Part shown: piece by piece, positions 1 to 8,995 of the stretch | How positions within the stretch are numbered: position 1 is the first letter of the stretch | How the letters are laid out: every line of letters begins with the position of its first letter | Source: Azospirillum sp. | GTDB lineage: Bacteria > Pseudomonadota > Alphaproteobacteria > CACIAM-22H2 | Reading direction: 5' to 3' | Assembly: GCA_020249045.1 (NCBI GenBank) | Contig: JADCGK010000014.1 | Span: 2,650 to 66,649, forward strand | DNA length: 64,000 nt | Made by a program: the position numbers and the translations under genes | Notes under the pieces: model-generated | Database searches by the model: none | Told to the model about the DNA's origin: nothing | The model's input: only the letters and a program-made list of their open reading frames with translations

Positions 1-44
1 TCACCGGCGTGGGCCTGCTGCGCCACACGATCAAGGAAGGCTAG
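1..44 (+). CDS. 3' end of an unidentified gene (partial, runs off window start)
   Basis: Open frame ...TGVGLLRHTIKEG* ends at TAG 42-44 and has GC-rich third positions. Too short to assign a family. Confidence 0.3.
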   Translation, partial: TGVGLLRHTIKEG

Positions 45-781
45 CCGCGCGCGCGTTTGACGAGGCGCACGAGTTCGACGCGGGCGCTTTCCGCGTCGGT
101 CGCGATCTTGTCGAAGCGCACGCGCGCCGCGCGCCCGCGCGTGTGATCGCGGATATCCGTTCCTTCCGGATCGACGCCGGTCATCGTCCACGTCCCGCCG
201 TCCGCTTCGCCGGCGAGCCGCGCGTAAAGGGCGACGGCGTCGGCGTGATCGGCGTTCATGTGCGCGACGATCTCGGCCTCGGCCAGCGCGAGCGCCGCAC
301 TCGCGCGCGCGTCGAACGCGAATCGCTCGAACCATGAAATCCGGCCGAAGCCCGCGACCTGATGGGCGCGGCCCGGGTCCACGCGCCAAAACGCGAAATC
401 CTTGAAATCGGCGTACATCGCCGCTCCGGGAAACCGCGCGAGGTAGCGCGCGCGCGCGAAGTCGCCCTCGGCGGGGGCGGCGGTGCCTTGCACGCTCACG
501 CGCGGGCCGGTCAGCGGCTCGGCGCGGCCTTCGGTGGCGTCGAACAGCAGCGAGACGCGGGCGTCCGCGTGCAGGTTCTTCGTGTGGTCGGCGAGCGTCG
601 AGACGAGCAGCAAGGGTGCGCCGTCGTGATCGAAGGCGACCTGCACGAGGCTGGCATAGGGTGCGCCGGCCTCCGGCGCGTCGGGCCGGGCGAGCGTGGC
701 GAGGACGGCCTTGTCGCGGCTACGGACCAGGTTTCGGGCCTGGGCCAGCGCCTCGGCCGGGTCGAGGGCGGGTTCGGTCAT
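41..781 (-). CDS. HugZ/HutZ-like pyridoxamine 5'-phosphate oxidase-fold protein with C-terminal DUF2470-like region (heme utilisation family)
   Basis: ORF 41-847; likely start is the internal MTEPALD. The split-barrel FMN-binding-like N-terminal half (ATLARPD...PYASLVQVAFD...LLLVSTLADHTKNL) and the HMNADHADAV motif are typical of this family. Confidence 0.6.
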   Translation of the reverse strand: MTEPALDPAEALAQARNLVRSRDKAVLATLARPDAPEAGAPYASLVQVAFDHDGAPLLLVSTLADHTKNLHADARVSLLFDATEGRAEPLTGPRVSVQGTAAPAEGDFARARYLARFPGAAMYADFKDFAFWRVDPGRAHQVAGFGRISWFERFAFDARASAALALAEAEIVAHMNADHADAVALYARLAGEADGGTWTMTGVDPEGTDIRDHTRGRAARVRFDKIATDAESARVELVRLVKRARG

Positions 782-903
782 GATGAGTCCAGTCTCGCAA
801 AGCCGAGCCGCCCGGAAAAGGGCGCCGGGGCGCCCAATTTCCGCCACGCTCGGCCCCCATCTTCCGAAGTGCGCTTGACCCCTTCGCCCGAAAGCCCCGA
901 CAT

Positions 904-1665
904 ATGGCCCTGTCTTTCTCCGCCGCGCCGGTCCACCCGATGTCCCCAGCCCCCGATACGCCCCGCACGATCGTTCTGGTCGACGACGACCGCAACATCC
1001 TGACCTCGGTCAGCGTGCTGCTGGAGGCCGAGGGGTTCAAGGTCCGGGCCTATTCGGATGGGGTCGAAGCGTTGAAGGCGCTGTCCGCCGAGCCCGCCGA
1101 TCTCGCCGTGCTCGACATCAAGATGCCGCGCATGGACGGCATGACGCTGCTCGAGCGCTTGCGTGAGAAGTCGGCGCTGCCGGTGATCTTCCTCACCTCC
1201 AAGGACGACGAGGTGGATCAGGTCATGGGCCTGCGCATGGGGGCGGACGATTACATCACCAAGCCTTTCTCCCAACGCTTGCTGGTCGAACGCATCCGCG
1301 CGTTGCTGCGCCGGCGCGATTTGGCGCGCGGCCTGCCGGCGGACGCGCCCGCGACGGCCGAACCGCCGATGGTGCGCGGCGATCTCGTGCTCGACGTCGA
1401 ACGCCACGCATGCACCTGGAAGGGCCAGGCGGTGACGCTGACGGTGACCGAATTCATGCTGCTGAAGGCCCTGGCCCAGCGCCCGGGCATGGTCAAAAAC
1501 CGCGATCAACTGATGGATCTGGCCTACGGCGAGTCGATCTACGTCGACGACCGCACGATCGACAGCCACGTCAAACGCCTGCGCAAGAAGTTCAAGGCGG
1601 TCGACGCCGAATTCTCGCAGATCGAAACGCTCTACGGCCTCGGTTATCGCTACAAGGAAAAATAG
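904..1665 (+). CDS. chvI: OmpR-family response regulator ChvI
   Basis: [16 protein letters not shown]...[10 protein letters not shown]...[12 protein letters not shown]...[19 protein letters not shown] matches ChvI/BvrR nearly motif for motif. An alternative start is MSPAP at 940. Confidence 0.9.
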   Translation: MALSFSAAPVHPMSPAPDTPRTIVLVDDDRNILTSVSVLLEAEGFKVRAYSDGVEALKALSAEPADLAVLDIKMPRMDGMTLLERLREKSALPVIFLTSKDDEVDQVMGLRMGADDYITKPFSQRLLVERIRALLRRRDLARGLPADAPATAEPPMVRGDLVLDVERHACTWKGQAVTLTVTEFMLLKALAQRPGMVKNRDQLMDLAYGESIYVDDRTIDSHVKRLRKKFKAVDAEFSQIETLYGLGYRYKEK

Positions 1666-1689
1666 CGCGCGCGCTAGACTGCCCTCGCA

Positions 1690-3339
1690 ATGGCCGTCCG
1701 TCCCCGGCCGCGTCGGCGCTTTTCCCCGCTGACGCGGCGTATCCTGTTCCTGAATACGGTTCCGCTGCTGCTGCTCGCGGCGGGCGTGCTTTATCTCGAC
1801 GATTTCCGGCGCGGATTGATCGCCGCCGAGATCCAAGCCCTGACCACCCAAAGCCGGATCATCGCCGCGGCGTTGGGCGAGGCGGCCGTTTCGGTCGCCG
1901 ATCCGGACGACGACGAGCCCGACGACCGTTTGGCTCCCGATTCCTCCCGTCAGGTATTGCGCCGGCTGGTCGAACCGGCCGGCGTGCGCGCGCGGCTGTT
2001 CGATTACGACGGCACGCTGCTGGCCGACACGCGCTTCCTGGGCACGGGCTCGCTGGCGGTGGAGGTCGAGCCGCTGCCGCCCGCGGGTCCGTCATCGGGT
2101 CCGGCCCAGCGCGCGGTCGATGCGATCGCCGATCTGCTGAGCGGCGGCTTGGCGCCGGCCGAGTACGATGCGCCGATCTACCGCGAACGGCCCGACGCCG
2201 TCGCGCGCGATTACGCCGAGGCGCTCGCCGCCTTGGGCGGGGAAACCGCCAGCGCGCTGCGCCGCACGGGGGACGGGGCGTTGGCGATTTCGGTCGCCGC
2301 ACCGGTCCAGCGTTTCCGCCAAGTTCTTGGGGCGGTGATGCTGACGGCCGACGGGCGCAGCGTGGAGGCGAGCTTGCGCGCCGTGCGTCGCGACGTCCTG
2401 CGCCTGACGGCGGCCACGCTGGCGATCACCGTGCTGCTGTCGCTCTATCTGGCCGGCACCATCGCGCGGCCCGTGCGCCGGCTCGCGCGCGCGGCCGAAC
2501 GGGTCCGCATCGGCGGCGGGCGCACGGGGATCGGCGGAACGCTCGGCGCCGGATCGGGCCTTGCGACGGCGATCCCGGATTTGGGCGGCCGCGGGGACGA
2601 GATCGGCGATCTGTCCCTTTCGTTGCGCGCGATGACCGAAGCGCTCGCCAAGCGCCTGGACGCGATCGACCGCTTCGCCGCGGACGTCGCCCACGAACTC
2701 AAAAATCCGCTGACTTCGCTCAAAAGTGCGGTCGAAACCGCCGCGCGCGTGCCCGATCCGGCGGTCCGCGAAAAGCTGATGGCGATCGTGCTCGACGACG
2801 TCGCCCGGCTCGACCGGCTGATCACCGACATCTCCGGCGCGTCGCGGCTCGACGCCGAGTTGAGCCGCGCCGAGGCCGAGCCCGTGGACGTCGCCGAATT
2901 GCTCGACGGTCTGTGTTCGGCGCTGACCGCCGTCGCCAAAGACGGCCAGGCGCGCCCCGATTACGCCGGGCCCCCCGACGGCGGGTTGATCGTCTCCGGC
3001 GTCGCCGACCGATTGACGCAAGTCTTCCGCAACGTCATCGGCAACGCGCAATCCTTCTCCCCGCCCGACGGGGAAATCCGGGTGCGCGCGGCGCGCGAGG
3101 GCGACCGGGTCGTCGTCCGCATCGACGATCAAGGCCCCGGCATTCCCGAGGACAAACTCGAGGCGATTTTCGATCGCTTTTATTCTGAACGGCCGGCGGG
3201 CGAGAAGTTCGGGACCCATTCGGGCCTCGGCCTTTCGATCTCCCGCCAGATCGTCGAAGCCCATGGCGGGACGATCGAAGCGTCCAACCGGCTCGACTCC
3301 GGCGGCGCTCGGTTTACGATCCGGCTGCCGGCGGCCTGA
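1690..3339 (+). CDS. chvG: Sensor histidine kinase ChvG/ExoS/BvrS family
   Basis: Has an N-terminal TM segment, a periplasmic region, a second TM segment, HAMP, an H-box (FAADVAHELKNPLTSL) and a HATPase domain (GLGLSISRQIVEAHGG). It lies immediately downstream of chvI. Confidence 0.85.
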   Translation: MAVRPRPRRRFSPLTRRILFLNTVPLLLLAAGVLYLDDFRRGLIAAEIQALTTQSRIIAAALGEAAVSVADPDDDEPDDRLAPDSSRQVLRRLVEPAGVRARLFDYDGTLLADTRFLGTGSLAVEVEPLPPAGPSSGPAQRAVDAIADLLSGGLAPAEYDAPIYRERPDAVARDYAEALAALGGETASALRRTGDGALAISVAAPVQRFRQVLGAVMLTADGRSVEASLRAVRRDVLRLTAATLAITVLLSLYLAGTIARPVRRLARAAERVRIGGGRTGIGGTLGAGSGLATAIPDLGGRGDEIGDLSLSLRAMTEALAKRLDAIDRFAADVAHELKNPLTSLKSAVETAARVPDPAVREKLMAIVLDDVARLDRLITDISGASRLDAELSRAEAEPVDVAELLDGLCSALTAVAKDGQARPDYAGPPDGGLIVSGVADRLTQVFRNVIGNAQSFSPPDGEIRVRAAREGDRVVVRIDDQGPGIPEDKLEAIFDRFYSERPAGEKFGTHSGLGLSISRQIVEAHGGTIEASNRLDSGGARFTIRLPAA

Positions 3340-3470
3340 TCGCGGCATTGATTTGTCTAGGGAAATCGATTTTTTGCCCGAATAAAAGGCAGAAAATCTA
3401 CTGCCCATCGAATCGGCAATGTGTCACTCCCGGATTGACTTCGGACCCCAAAGACCGCACGCTTTGCCGT

Positions 3471-3920
3471 GTGGTGACGGTGTCGACCCTTCAAGTGCAC
3501 GCCAGTTGCGTGCGTATCGATGCCATCGGCGTGTTGCTGTGCGGTGGCTCGGGCTGCGGGAAATCCGATCTGGCCTTGCGAATGATCCATTCGGGAGCGT
3601 CTTTGGTGGCCGACGACCGCGTCGATCTTGCGCGCGAGGACGAGACTTTGCGTGCCAGCTGCCCGGCGAATTTGGCCGGCTTGTTGGAGGTCCGCGGGGT
3701 CGGCATCCTCAAGGTTCCGTTCGTCGCCGACGCGGCGGTGGGCTTGGCCGTGGATTTGGCCCCGGGGGCGCAGATCGAGCGTCTGCCTGCGCCGCGCCAT
3801 CGCGATTATCTGGGAAAATCCGTTCCGGTGCTGACCCTCGACCCGTTCCGGGCGTCGGCGGCGGCCCAACTCGCCTACGCCGCGCGCGCCGCCGCCGCGG
3901 GCGATCTTTTCGCGCACTGA
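3471..3920 (+). CDS. hprK: Short HPr kinase/phosphorylase (C-terminal catalytic domain only, alphaproteobacterial type)
   Basis: Contains VHASCV..GVLLCGGSGCGKSDLALRMI..GASLVADDRV..LLEVRGVGI. The upstream part of ORF 3348-3920 is AT-rich with low GC3, so a GTG start near 3471-3480 is preferred. The exact start is uncertain. Confidence 0.75.
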   Translation: MVTVSTLQVHASCVRIDAIGVLLCGGSGCGKSDLALRMIHSGASLVADDRVDLAREDETLRASCPANLAGLLEVRGVGILKVPFVADAAVGLAVDLAPGAQIERLPAPRHRDYLGKSVPVLTLDPFRASAAAQLAYAARAAAAGDLFAH

Positions 3921-3930
3921 GCCACCGCCC

Positions 3931-4851
3931 GTGATCGTTCCGCTCGCCGCTTCCAACGATGTCCACGCCGCGTCCGGGCCCGCCAAGCGCCATATCGTGC
4001 TGGTGACGGGCCTGTCGGGGGCGGGCCGCTCGACGGCGCTGCGCGCACTCGAAGACCAGGGTTACGAAGCGGTCGACAATCTTCCGCTGACGCTGCTGTC
4101 CAACCTCGTTCTGCCGTCGTCCGCACCGGCCGAAGCGCGCCCTTTGGCGATCGGCATCGACGCGCGCACCCGCGATTTCGACGTGCCGGCCCTGGTCGCG
4201 GCCGTCGATCGGCTGGTCGCCGAGCCCGGGCTCGACGCGCGGCTGCTCTATCTCGATTGCGAGGACGAAACCCTGGCCCGGCGGTTCACCGAAACGCGCC
4301 GGCGTCATCCGCTCGCCGCCGACCGGCCGCTCGCCGACGGCATCAAGTCCGAGCGGCGCCTGCTCGAGCCGCTGCGCGCGCGCGCGGACAAGGTAATCGA
4401 CACCTCGGCCCTGGCACCCCATCAGCTCAAGGCCCTCGTTCAGGCCGATTTCCCGCTGGAGGCGCCGCAAAGCCTGGCCCTGTCGGTGGTCAGCTTCGCC
4501 TACCGCAACGGTCTGCCGCGCGAAGCCGATTTGGTCTTCGACGTGCGCTTCCTCGCCAACCCGCATTACCGGCCCGACCTCAAACCGCTGTCCGGCAAGG
4601 ACGCGGCCGTCGCCCAGTTCGTCGAACGCGATCCCGGCTTCCCGGCGTTTTTCGACGGGCTCGCGGACATGATCGTCGCCCTGCTGCCGCGCTTCGAGGC
4701 CGAGGGGAAATCCTATCTCACCGTCGCCGTGGGCTGCACGGGCGGGCGGCATCGTTCGGTCTTCGTGGCCGAACGGCTCGCCGCGCGTCTGAGCCAAGCC
4801 GGGCGGCGCGTCACCCTGCTCCACCGCGATCTCGATCGCGGCACGGCGTAG
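3931..4851 (+). CDS. rapZ: RNase adapter / nucleotide-binding protein RapZ (YhbJ)
   Basis: Has a Walker A motif (VTGLSGAGRSTALRALED) and the C-terminal CTGGRHRSV motif. Sits in the conserved position after hprK. Confidence 0.85.
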   Translation: MIVPLAASNDVHAASGPAKRHIVLVTGLSGAGRSTALRALEDQGYEAVDNLPLTLLSNLVLPSSAPAEARPLAIGIDARTRDFDVPALVAAVDRLVAEPGLDARLLYLDCEDETLARRFTETRRRHPLAADRPLADGIKSERRLLEPLRARADKVIDTSALAPHQLKALVQADFPLEAPQSLALSVVSFAYRNGLPREADLVFDVRFLANPHYRPDLKPLSGKDAAVAQFVERDPGFPAFFDGLADMIVALLPRFEAEGKSYLTVAVGCTGGRHRSVFVAERLAARLSQAGRRVTLLHRDLDRGTA

Positions 4852-4882
4852 GCATCCACCACCGCAAAAGGCACGCGCGACC

Positions 4883-5311
4883 ATGATCGGACTCGTCCTC
4901 GTCACCCACGGCCGTCTCGCCGCCGAATTCGTCTCGGCGCTCGAACACGTGGTCGGCCCGCAACGCGACGTCGCGGCCGTGTGCATCGGCCCCGAGGACG
5001 ACATGGAACAGCGCCGGGCCGAAATCCTCGACGCGGTCGCGCGTTGCGATTCCGGCGCCGGCGTCGTCGTGCTGACCGACATGTTCGGCGGCACGCCGTC
5101 CAATCTCGCCATTTCGATCATGGACCGCGCGCGCATCGAAGTGATCGCTGGCGTCAACCTGCCGATGCTCATCAAGCTCGCCTCGGTCCGCAACACCGAA
5201 CCCTTGGCCGCCGCCGTGCAGGCGGCGCGCGAGGCGGGCCGGAAGTACATCAACGTCGCCTCCCAGCTTCTCGCGGGCGAGGTGAAGGCCGCCGCGGGCG
5301 GGGCGCGGTGA
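4883..5311 (+). CDS. manX: PTS EIIA component, mannose/fructose family
   Basis: MIGLVLVTHG (phospho-His context), then LTDMFGGTPSN and AGVNLPMLIK. Confidence 0.8.
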   Translation: MIGLVLVTHGRLAAEFVSALEHVVGPQRDVAAVCIGPEDDMEQRRAEILDAVARCDSGAGVVVLTDMFGGTPSNLAISIMDRARIEVIAGVNLPMLIKLASVRNTEPLAAAVQAAREAGRKYINVASQLLAGEVKAAAGGAR

Positions 5312-5601
5312 ACGCCCCCGCGCCGGGCGCCACGGTCGCCGCGCGCGACTGCGAAATCCGCAACGTGCGCGGCCTACACGCGCGCGCCGCGGCCAAGTTC
5401 GTCAAACTCGCGGCCGAGTACAAATCGGCCGTCCACGTCACCAAGGGCGGCACGACCGTTTCGGGTCTGTCGATCATGGGGCTGATGATGCTCGCCGCGG
5501 GCAAGGGCTGCACGGTGACCGTGTCGGCCGAAGGCGAGGACGCGATCCCCGCCGTGGACGCCATCGCGGCGATGATCGCCGCGAAATTTGACGAGGAATG
5601 A
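5308..5601 (+). CDS. ptsH: Phosphocarrier protein HPr/NPr
   Basis: GTG start overlaps the EIIA stop (GTGA). GLHARAAAKFV gives the His-15 context and SGLSIMGLMML gives the Ser-46 context. Confidence 0.8.
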   Translation: MNAPAPGATVAARDCEIRNVRGLHARAAAKFVKLAAEYKSAVHVTKGGTTVSGLSIMGLMMLAAGKGCTVTVSAEGEDAIPAVDAIAAMIAAKFDEE

Positions 5602-7409
5602 TGGACAAGCCCAGGGCCCCGCGCGCCGCCAAACCGCGCAAAGGGCGCGGCGAAGGCATGGCGTCGTTCGACGGGCTGGGCGTGTCGCCGGGCATCGCGA
5701 TCGGCCCGGCCTACGTGCACGGCGTCGAAACCCCCACGATCGCCGAATGCGCGATCGCCCCCGATCAGGTCGACGGCGAGATCAAGCGCTTCCGCGCGGC
5801 CGTCGAAGTCAGCCTCAAACAACTCGCCAAGCTCAAGCGCAAGACCGGCGCGTTGCCGCCCGCCGCGGCCGAGGAGCTCGGCTTTCTGCTCGATGCGCAT
5901 ACCCAGATGCTCTCCCAATCGCGCCTCGTGCGCGGCGCGGAGCGGCGCATCGCCGAGAACCTCGCGATGGCCGAAACGGCCGTCCGCGCGGAGACCGATG
6001 CGATCGCCGAAGCGTTCGAGGCGATGGACGATTCCTACCTCGCCCAGCGCGTGCAGGAGGTCCGCGAGGTCGGCGGCCGTCTGATGCGCAACCTCACCCA
6101 AACGCCGTGGGGCGCGTTCAAGAACCTGCCGCCCGAAGCGATCGTGGTGTCGGAGGAGATCACGCCCGCCGACACGGCCGTGATGGACCCCGAAAAGATC
6201 GGCGGCTTCGCGACCGCCATCGGCGGCGCGGAAGGCCATACGGCGATCATGGCGCGCGCGCTGGGCTTGCCGGCCGTTCTGGGCGTCGCCGCACTCGTCG
6301 GTGCCGTGCGTCCGGGCGATACGGTCATCGTGGACGGCGGCGAAGGCCGGGTGATCGTCCGTCCGACGCCCGGCGCCCTCGAACGCTACGAAAGGAAGCG
6401 CCTCGAATTCGAAAAGGCGGAGCGCCAGCTCTCGCGCTTGACGAAGCTGCCGTCGGTCAGCCGCGACGGCGCGTCGTTCACGCTGATGGCCAATCTCGAA
6501 TTGCCGCGCGAGGTCGATCAGGCGCGCGCGGCCGGCGCGGCCGGGGTGGGGCTGCTGCGCAGCGAATTCCTGTTCATGAACCGCGACGATGTGCCCGGCG
6601 AGGACGAGCAATTCGAGCAGCTCGCCACAATCGTGCGCGGCATGGAGGGCAAAAGCGTCACCGTGCGCACGCTCGACGTCGGCGGCGAGAAACTCGCCTC
6701 GGCGCTCGGCGATCTGTCGCCCGGGCCCAACCCGGCGCTGGGGCTGCGCGCGATCCGGTTGAGCTTGAAGCGCCCCGAATTGCTCGACGCACAGCTCGCC
6801 GCGATCCTGCGCGCGGGCGCCCTCGGCCCCGTGCGCGTGCTCGTTCCCATGGTGGCCACACCCGACGAAATGGTCGCGGTGCGCGAAGCCATGGGCCGCG
6901 CCGCGCGACGGCTGGTGCGCAAAGGCGTGGCCCTCGCCGATCCGCTGCCCCCGTTGGGCGCGATGATCGAGATTCCCGGCGCGGCCTTGGCCGCCGACGC
7001 GCTGGCGCGGGTGTGCGACTTCTTCGCGCTGGGGACCAACGATCTGACGATGTACACGCTCGCCATCGACCGCGGCGACGAGCAGGTCGCCCATCTCTAC
7101 AATCCGCTGCATCCGGCCGTACTGCGGCTGATCCAGTTCACGGCCGAGGCCGCGTTGCGCAACCGCATCCCGGTTTCGATCTGCGGGGAAATCGCGGGCG
7201 ATCCGCGCTTCACGGCCCTGCTCGCGGGCCTCGGCATCCGCGAGCTTTCGATGTCGCCGATCAAGATCCCGCGCGTCAAAAGCCGGGTGCGCGCGCTCGA
7301 CCTGGCCGCCGCGTCCGCGCGCGCGCGCGCGGTGATGGACGAAAGCGACGCCGGGCGCATCGCCGAACTGGTCGACGGCTTCAACGAAAGCTTCGCCAAA
7401 GCCGGTTAG
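5598..7409 (+). CDS. ptsI: Phosphoenolpyruvate-protein phosphotransferase (Enzyme I, no GAF domain)
   Basis: GVSPGIAIGPAYV, GGAEGHTAIMARALGLPAV, LRSEFLFM and a C-terminal PEP-utilising TIM barrel. Start is uncertain (5598, 5601 or MASFDG at 5658). Confidence 0.9.
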   Translation: MMDKPRAPRAAKPRKGRGEGMASFDGLGVSPGIAIGPAYVHGVETPTIAECAIAPDQVDGEIKRFRAAVEVSLKQLAKLKRKTGALPPAAAEELGFLLDAHTQMLSQSRLVRGAERRIAENLAMAETAVRAETDAIAEAFEAMDDSYLAQRVQEVREVGGRLMRNLTQTPWGAFKNLPPEAIVVSEEITPADTAVMDPEKIGGFATAIGGAEGHTAIMARALGLPAVLGVAALVGAVRPGDTVIVDGGEGRVIVRPTPGALERYERKRLEFEKAERQLSRLTKLPSVSRDGASFTLMANLELPREVDQARAAGAAGVGLLRSEFLFMNRDDVPGEDEQFEQLATIVRGMEGKSVTVRTLDVGGEKLASALGDLSPGPNPALGLRAIRLSLKRPELLDAQLAAILRAGALGPVRVLVPMVATPDEMVAVREAMGRAARRLVRKGVALADPLPPLGAMIEIPGAALAADALARVCDFFALGTNDLTMYTLAIDRGDEQVAHLYNPLHPAVLRLIQFTAEAALRNRIPVSICGEIAGDPRFTALLAGLGIRELSMSPIKIPRVKSRVRALDLAAASARARAVMDESDAGRIAELVDGFNESFAKAG

Positions 7410-8167
7410 AAGCCCCAGCTTTCGAGTTCGGCCTTCGCCGCCCGGCGCATCAGCGAAAACTCGGTCGATCCCGCGACCAGGCGGAACCCGCGCGCGAACA
7501 ACGCCTTGGGATCCCATTTGCCGTGCGGCACGGTGCCGACGGGGACGTTTTCCTTGGCGGCTTCGGCCAAGACGCGATCGATCGCGCGGGTCAGGACCGG
7601 ATCGTCGAAGCGCTGGGGAATGCCGAGCGAGCCCGAGAGGTCGTTGGGCCCCACGATCAGCATGTCCACGCCGTCCACGGCCGCGATCTCGCGCACGTTG
7701 GCGACCGCCCGCTCGCTTTCGATCTGCACCATCACGAACAGATTCTCGGCCATGAACTCCATGTAGTCGGCCATCGGGATGCCGCGCGCCATCGCCCGCC
7801 AGGGGCCCACGCCGCGCCGGCCTTTGGGCGGATAGCGGCACGCCGCGACGGCCGCCTTGGCCTGTTCGGCGTCGTCCACCATCGGGATCATCACCGTATC
7901 GGCACCCAGGTCGAGCAACTGCTTGAGATAGACCGCGTCGTTCCACGGCACGCGCACGCACACGCCGCAATCGTAGGGGAAGGAGGCCTGCAGCTGCGCG
8001 CGCGTCTGTTCGAGCGTCGATGGCCCGTGCTCGTTGTCGACGATCAGGCAGTCGTAGCCGGTGTCGCCCAGCGCTTCGATCGTCGCGGGGCTCGCCGAAT
8101 GCAGCCATATGCCGGCGAGATTGCGCCCAGTGGCCAGGCGCCGCTTGAATTGGTTGGGCTTCAACAT
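7406..8167 (-). CDS. HpcH/HpaI-family aldolase
   Basis: MLKPNQFKRRL..G.WL...SP...E.L...GYDCLIVDNEHGP and QIES are typical of 2-keto-3-deoxy-acid aldolases. The internal Met at 8167 is preferred over 8197. Confidence 0.75.
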   Translation of the reverse strand: MLKPNQFKRRLATGRNLAGIWLHSASPATIEALGDTGYDCLIVDNEHGPSTLEQTRAQLQASFPYDCGVCVRVPWNDAVYLKQLLDLGADTVMIPMVDDAEQAKAAVAACRYPPKGRRGVGPWRAMARGIPMADYMEFMAENLFVMVQIESERAVANVREIAAVDGVDMLIVGPNDLSGSLGIPQRFDDPVLTRAIDRVLAEAAKENVPVGTVPHGKWDPKALFARGFRLVAGSTEFSLMRRAAKAELESWGF

Positions 8168-8239
8168 GGCGTTCTCCCGTTTTCTCCGGCGCATCATCGG
8201 CGCTTGCCTCGGTCACGGACAAGCCCATAAAACGAACCC

Positions 8240-8995
8240 GTGGGTCTTTTATCCCTGCTTTTTCCGCCCGCGCGCCGCAAAGCCGATCCGCAAGGGCGGA
8301 AACGCGTCCTGACGGTTCCGGATCTGATCGCACCCGGGCGGGCGACCGAAATCCGCGTGACGCGCAACCCGCGCGCGCGGCGGATTTCGCTGCGCGTGGA
8401 CCCGGCGGACGGCGCCGTGGCGCTGACCGTGCCCTGGCACGTGCCGGTGGAGGAAGGCGTGCGCTTCGCCCGGCGCCAGGGCGCTTGGTTGCGCGCGCGG
8501 CTCGCGGCCGTACCCGAAGGTGTGCCGTTCGCCGACGGCGCTGCGTTCGAGCTGCTCGGCCGGCGCGTGCGCGTGCGTCACGAAGGAAAGGGCCCCGCGC
8601 GCATGGTCGGCGACGAGATCGTCGTGGGCGGCGAGCCCGCGTTCCTCGCGCGGCGCGTGCGCGATTTCCTCAAAGCCGAGGCTAAGCGCGCGCTCGCCGC
8701 CAAGGCGCGCGAAACCGCCGCCCGGCTGGGCAAAACGGTCAAATTGGTGCGCGTCGCCGATCCCAAATCGCGCTGGGGTTCGGCCGCGCGCGACGGCCGC
8801 CTGTCGTTCTCCTGGCGACTCGCACTCGCACCGCCCTTCGTCTTCGACTACGTCGTCGCGCACGAGGTCGCGCATCTCGCCCACATGAACCACGGGCGGC
8901 ATTTCTGGGCGACGGTCGAAGACCTTTACGGCGACCCCGCGCCGGCCCGGGCGTGGCTCGCGGCCAACGGGGCGGCGTTGCACCGCCATGGCTGA
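8240..8995 (+). CDS. YgjP-like M48-family metallohydrolase (DUF45)
   Basis: HEVAHLAHMNH zinc motif (HExxH) near the C-terminus, with WGS...RLSFSWRL upstream of it. Architecture is typical of DUF45. Confidence 0.7.
   Translation: MGLLSLLFPPARRKADPQGRKRVLTVPDLIAPGRATEIRVTRNPRARRISLRVDPADGAVALTVPWHVPVEEGVRFARRQGAWLRARLAAVPEGVPFADGAAFELLGRRVRVRHEGKGPARMVGDEIVVGGEPAFLARRVRDFLKAEAKRALAAKARETAARLGKTVKLVRVADPKSRWGSAARDGRLSFSWRLALAPPFVFDYVVAHEVAHLAHMNHGRHFWATVEDLYGDPAPARAWLAANGAALHRHG

Noticed and set aside
3348-3470. N-terminal extension of the hprK ORF from TTG 3348.
   Set aside because: The region is AT-rich with low GC3 codons (MICLGKSIFCPNKRQKIYC...), unlike every confident gene here. Alphaproteobacterial HprK proteins start just before the VHA(S/T)CV segment.
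5250-8333. Very long alternate-frame or antisense ORFs in the track. Examples: 5250-8333 (-) 1027 aa, 53581-56868 (-) 1095 aa, 32326-35724 (-) 1132 aa, 22570-26301 (+) 1243 aa, 13109-15661 (-) 850 aa.
   Set aside because: They overlap genes with unmistakable family motifs on the other strand or frame. Their translations are monotonous Arg/Ala/Gly/Pro strings with no motifs. Long stop-free shadow frames are expected at ~70% GC.
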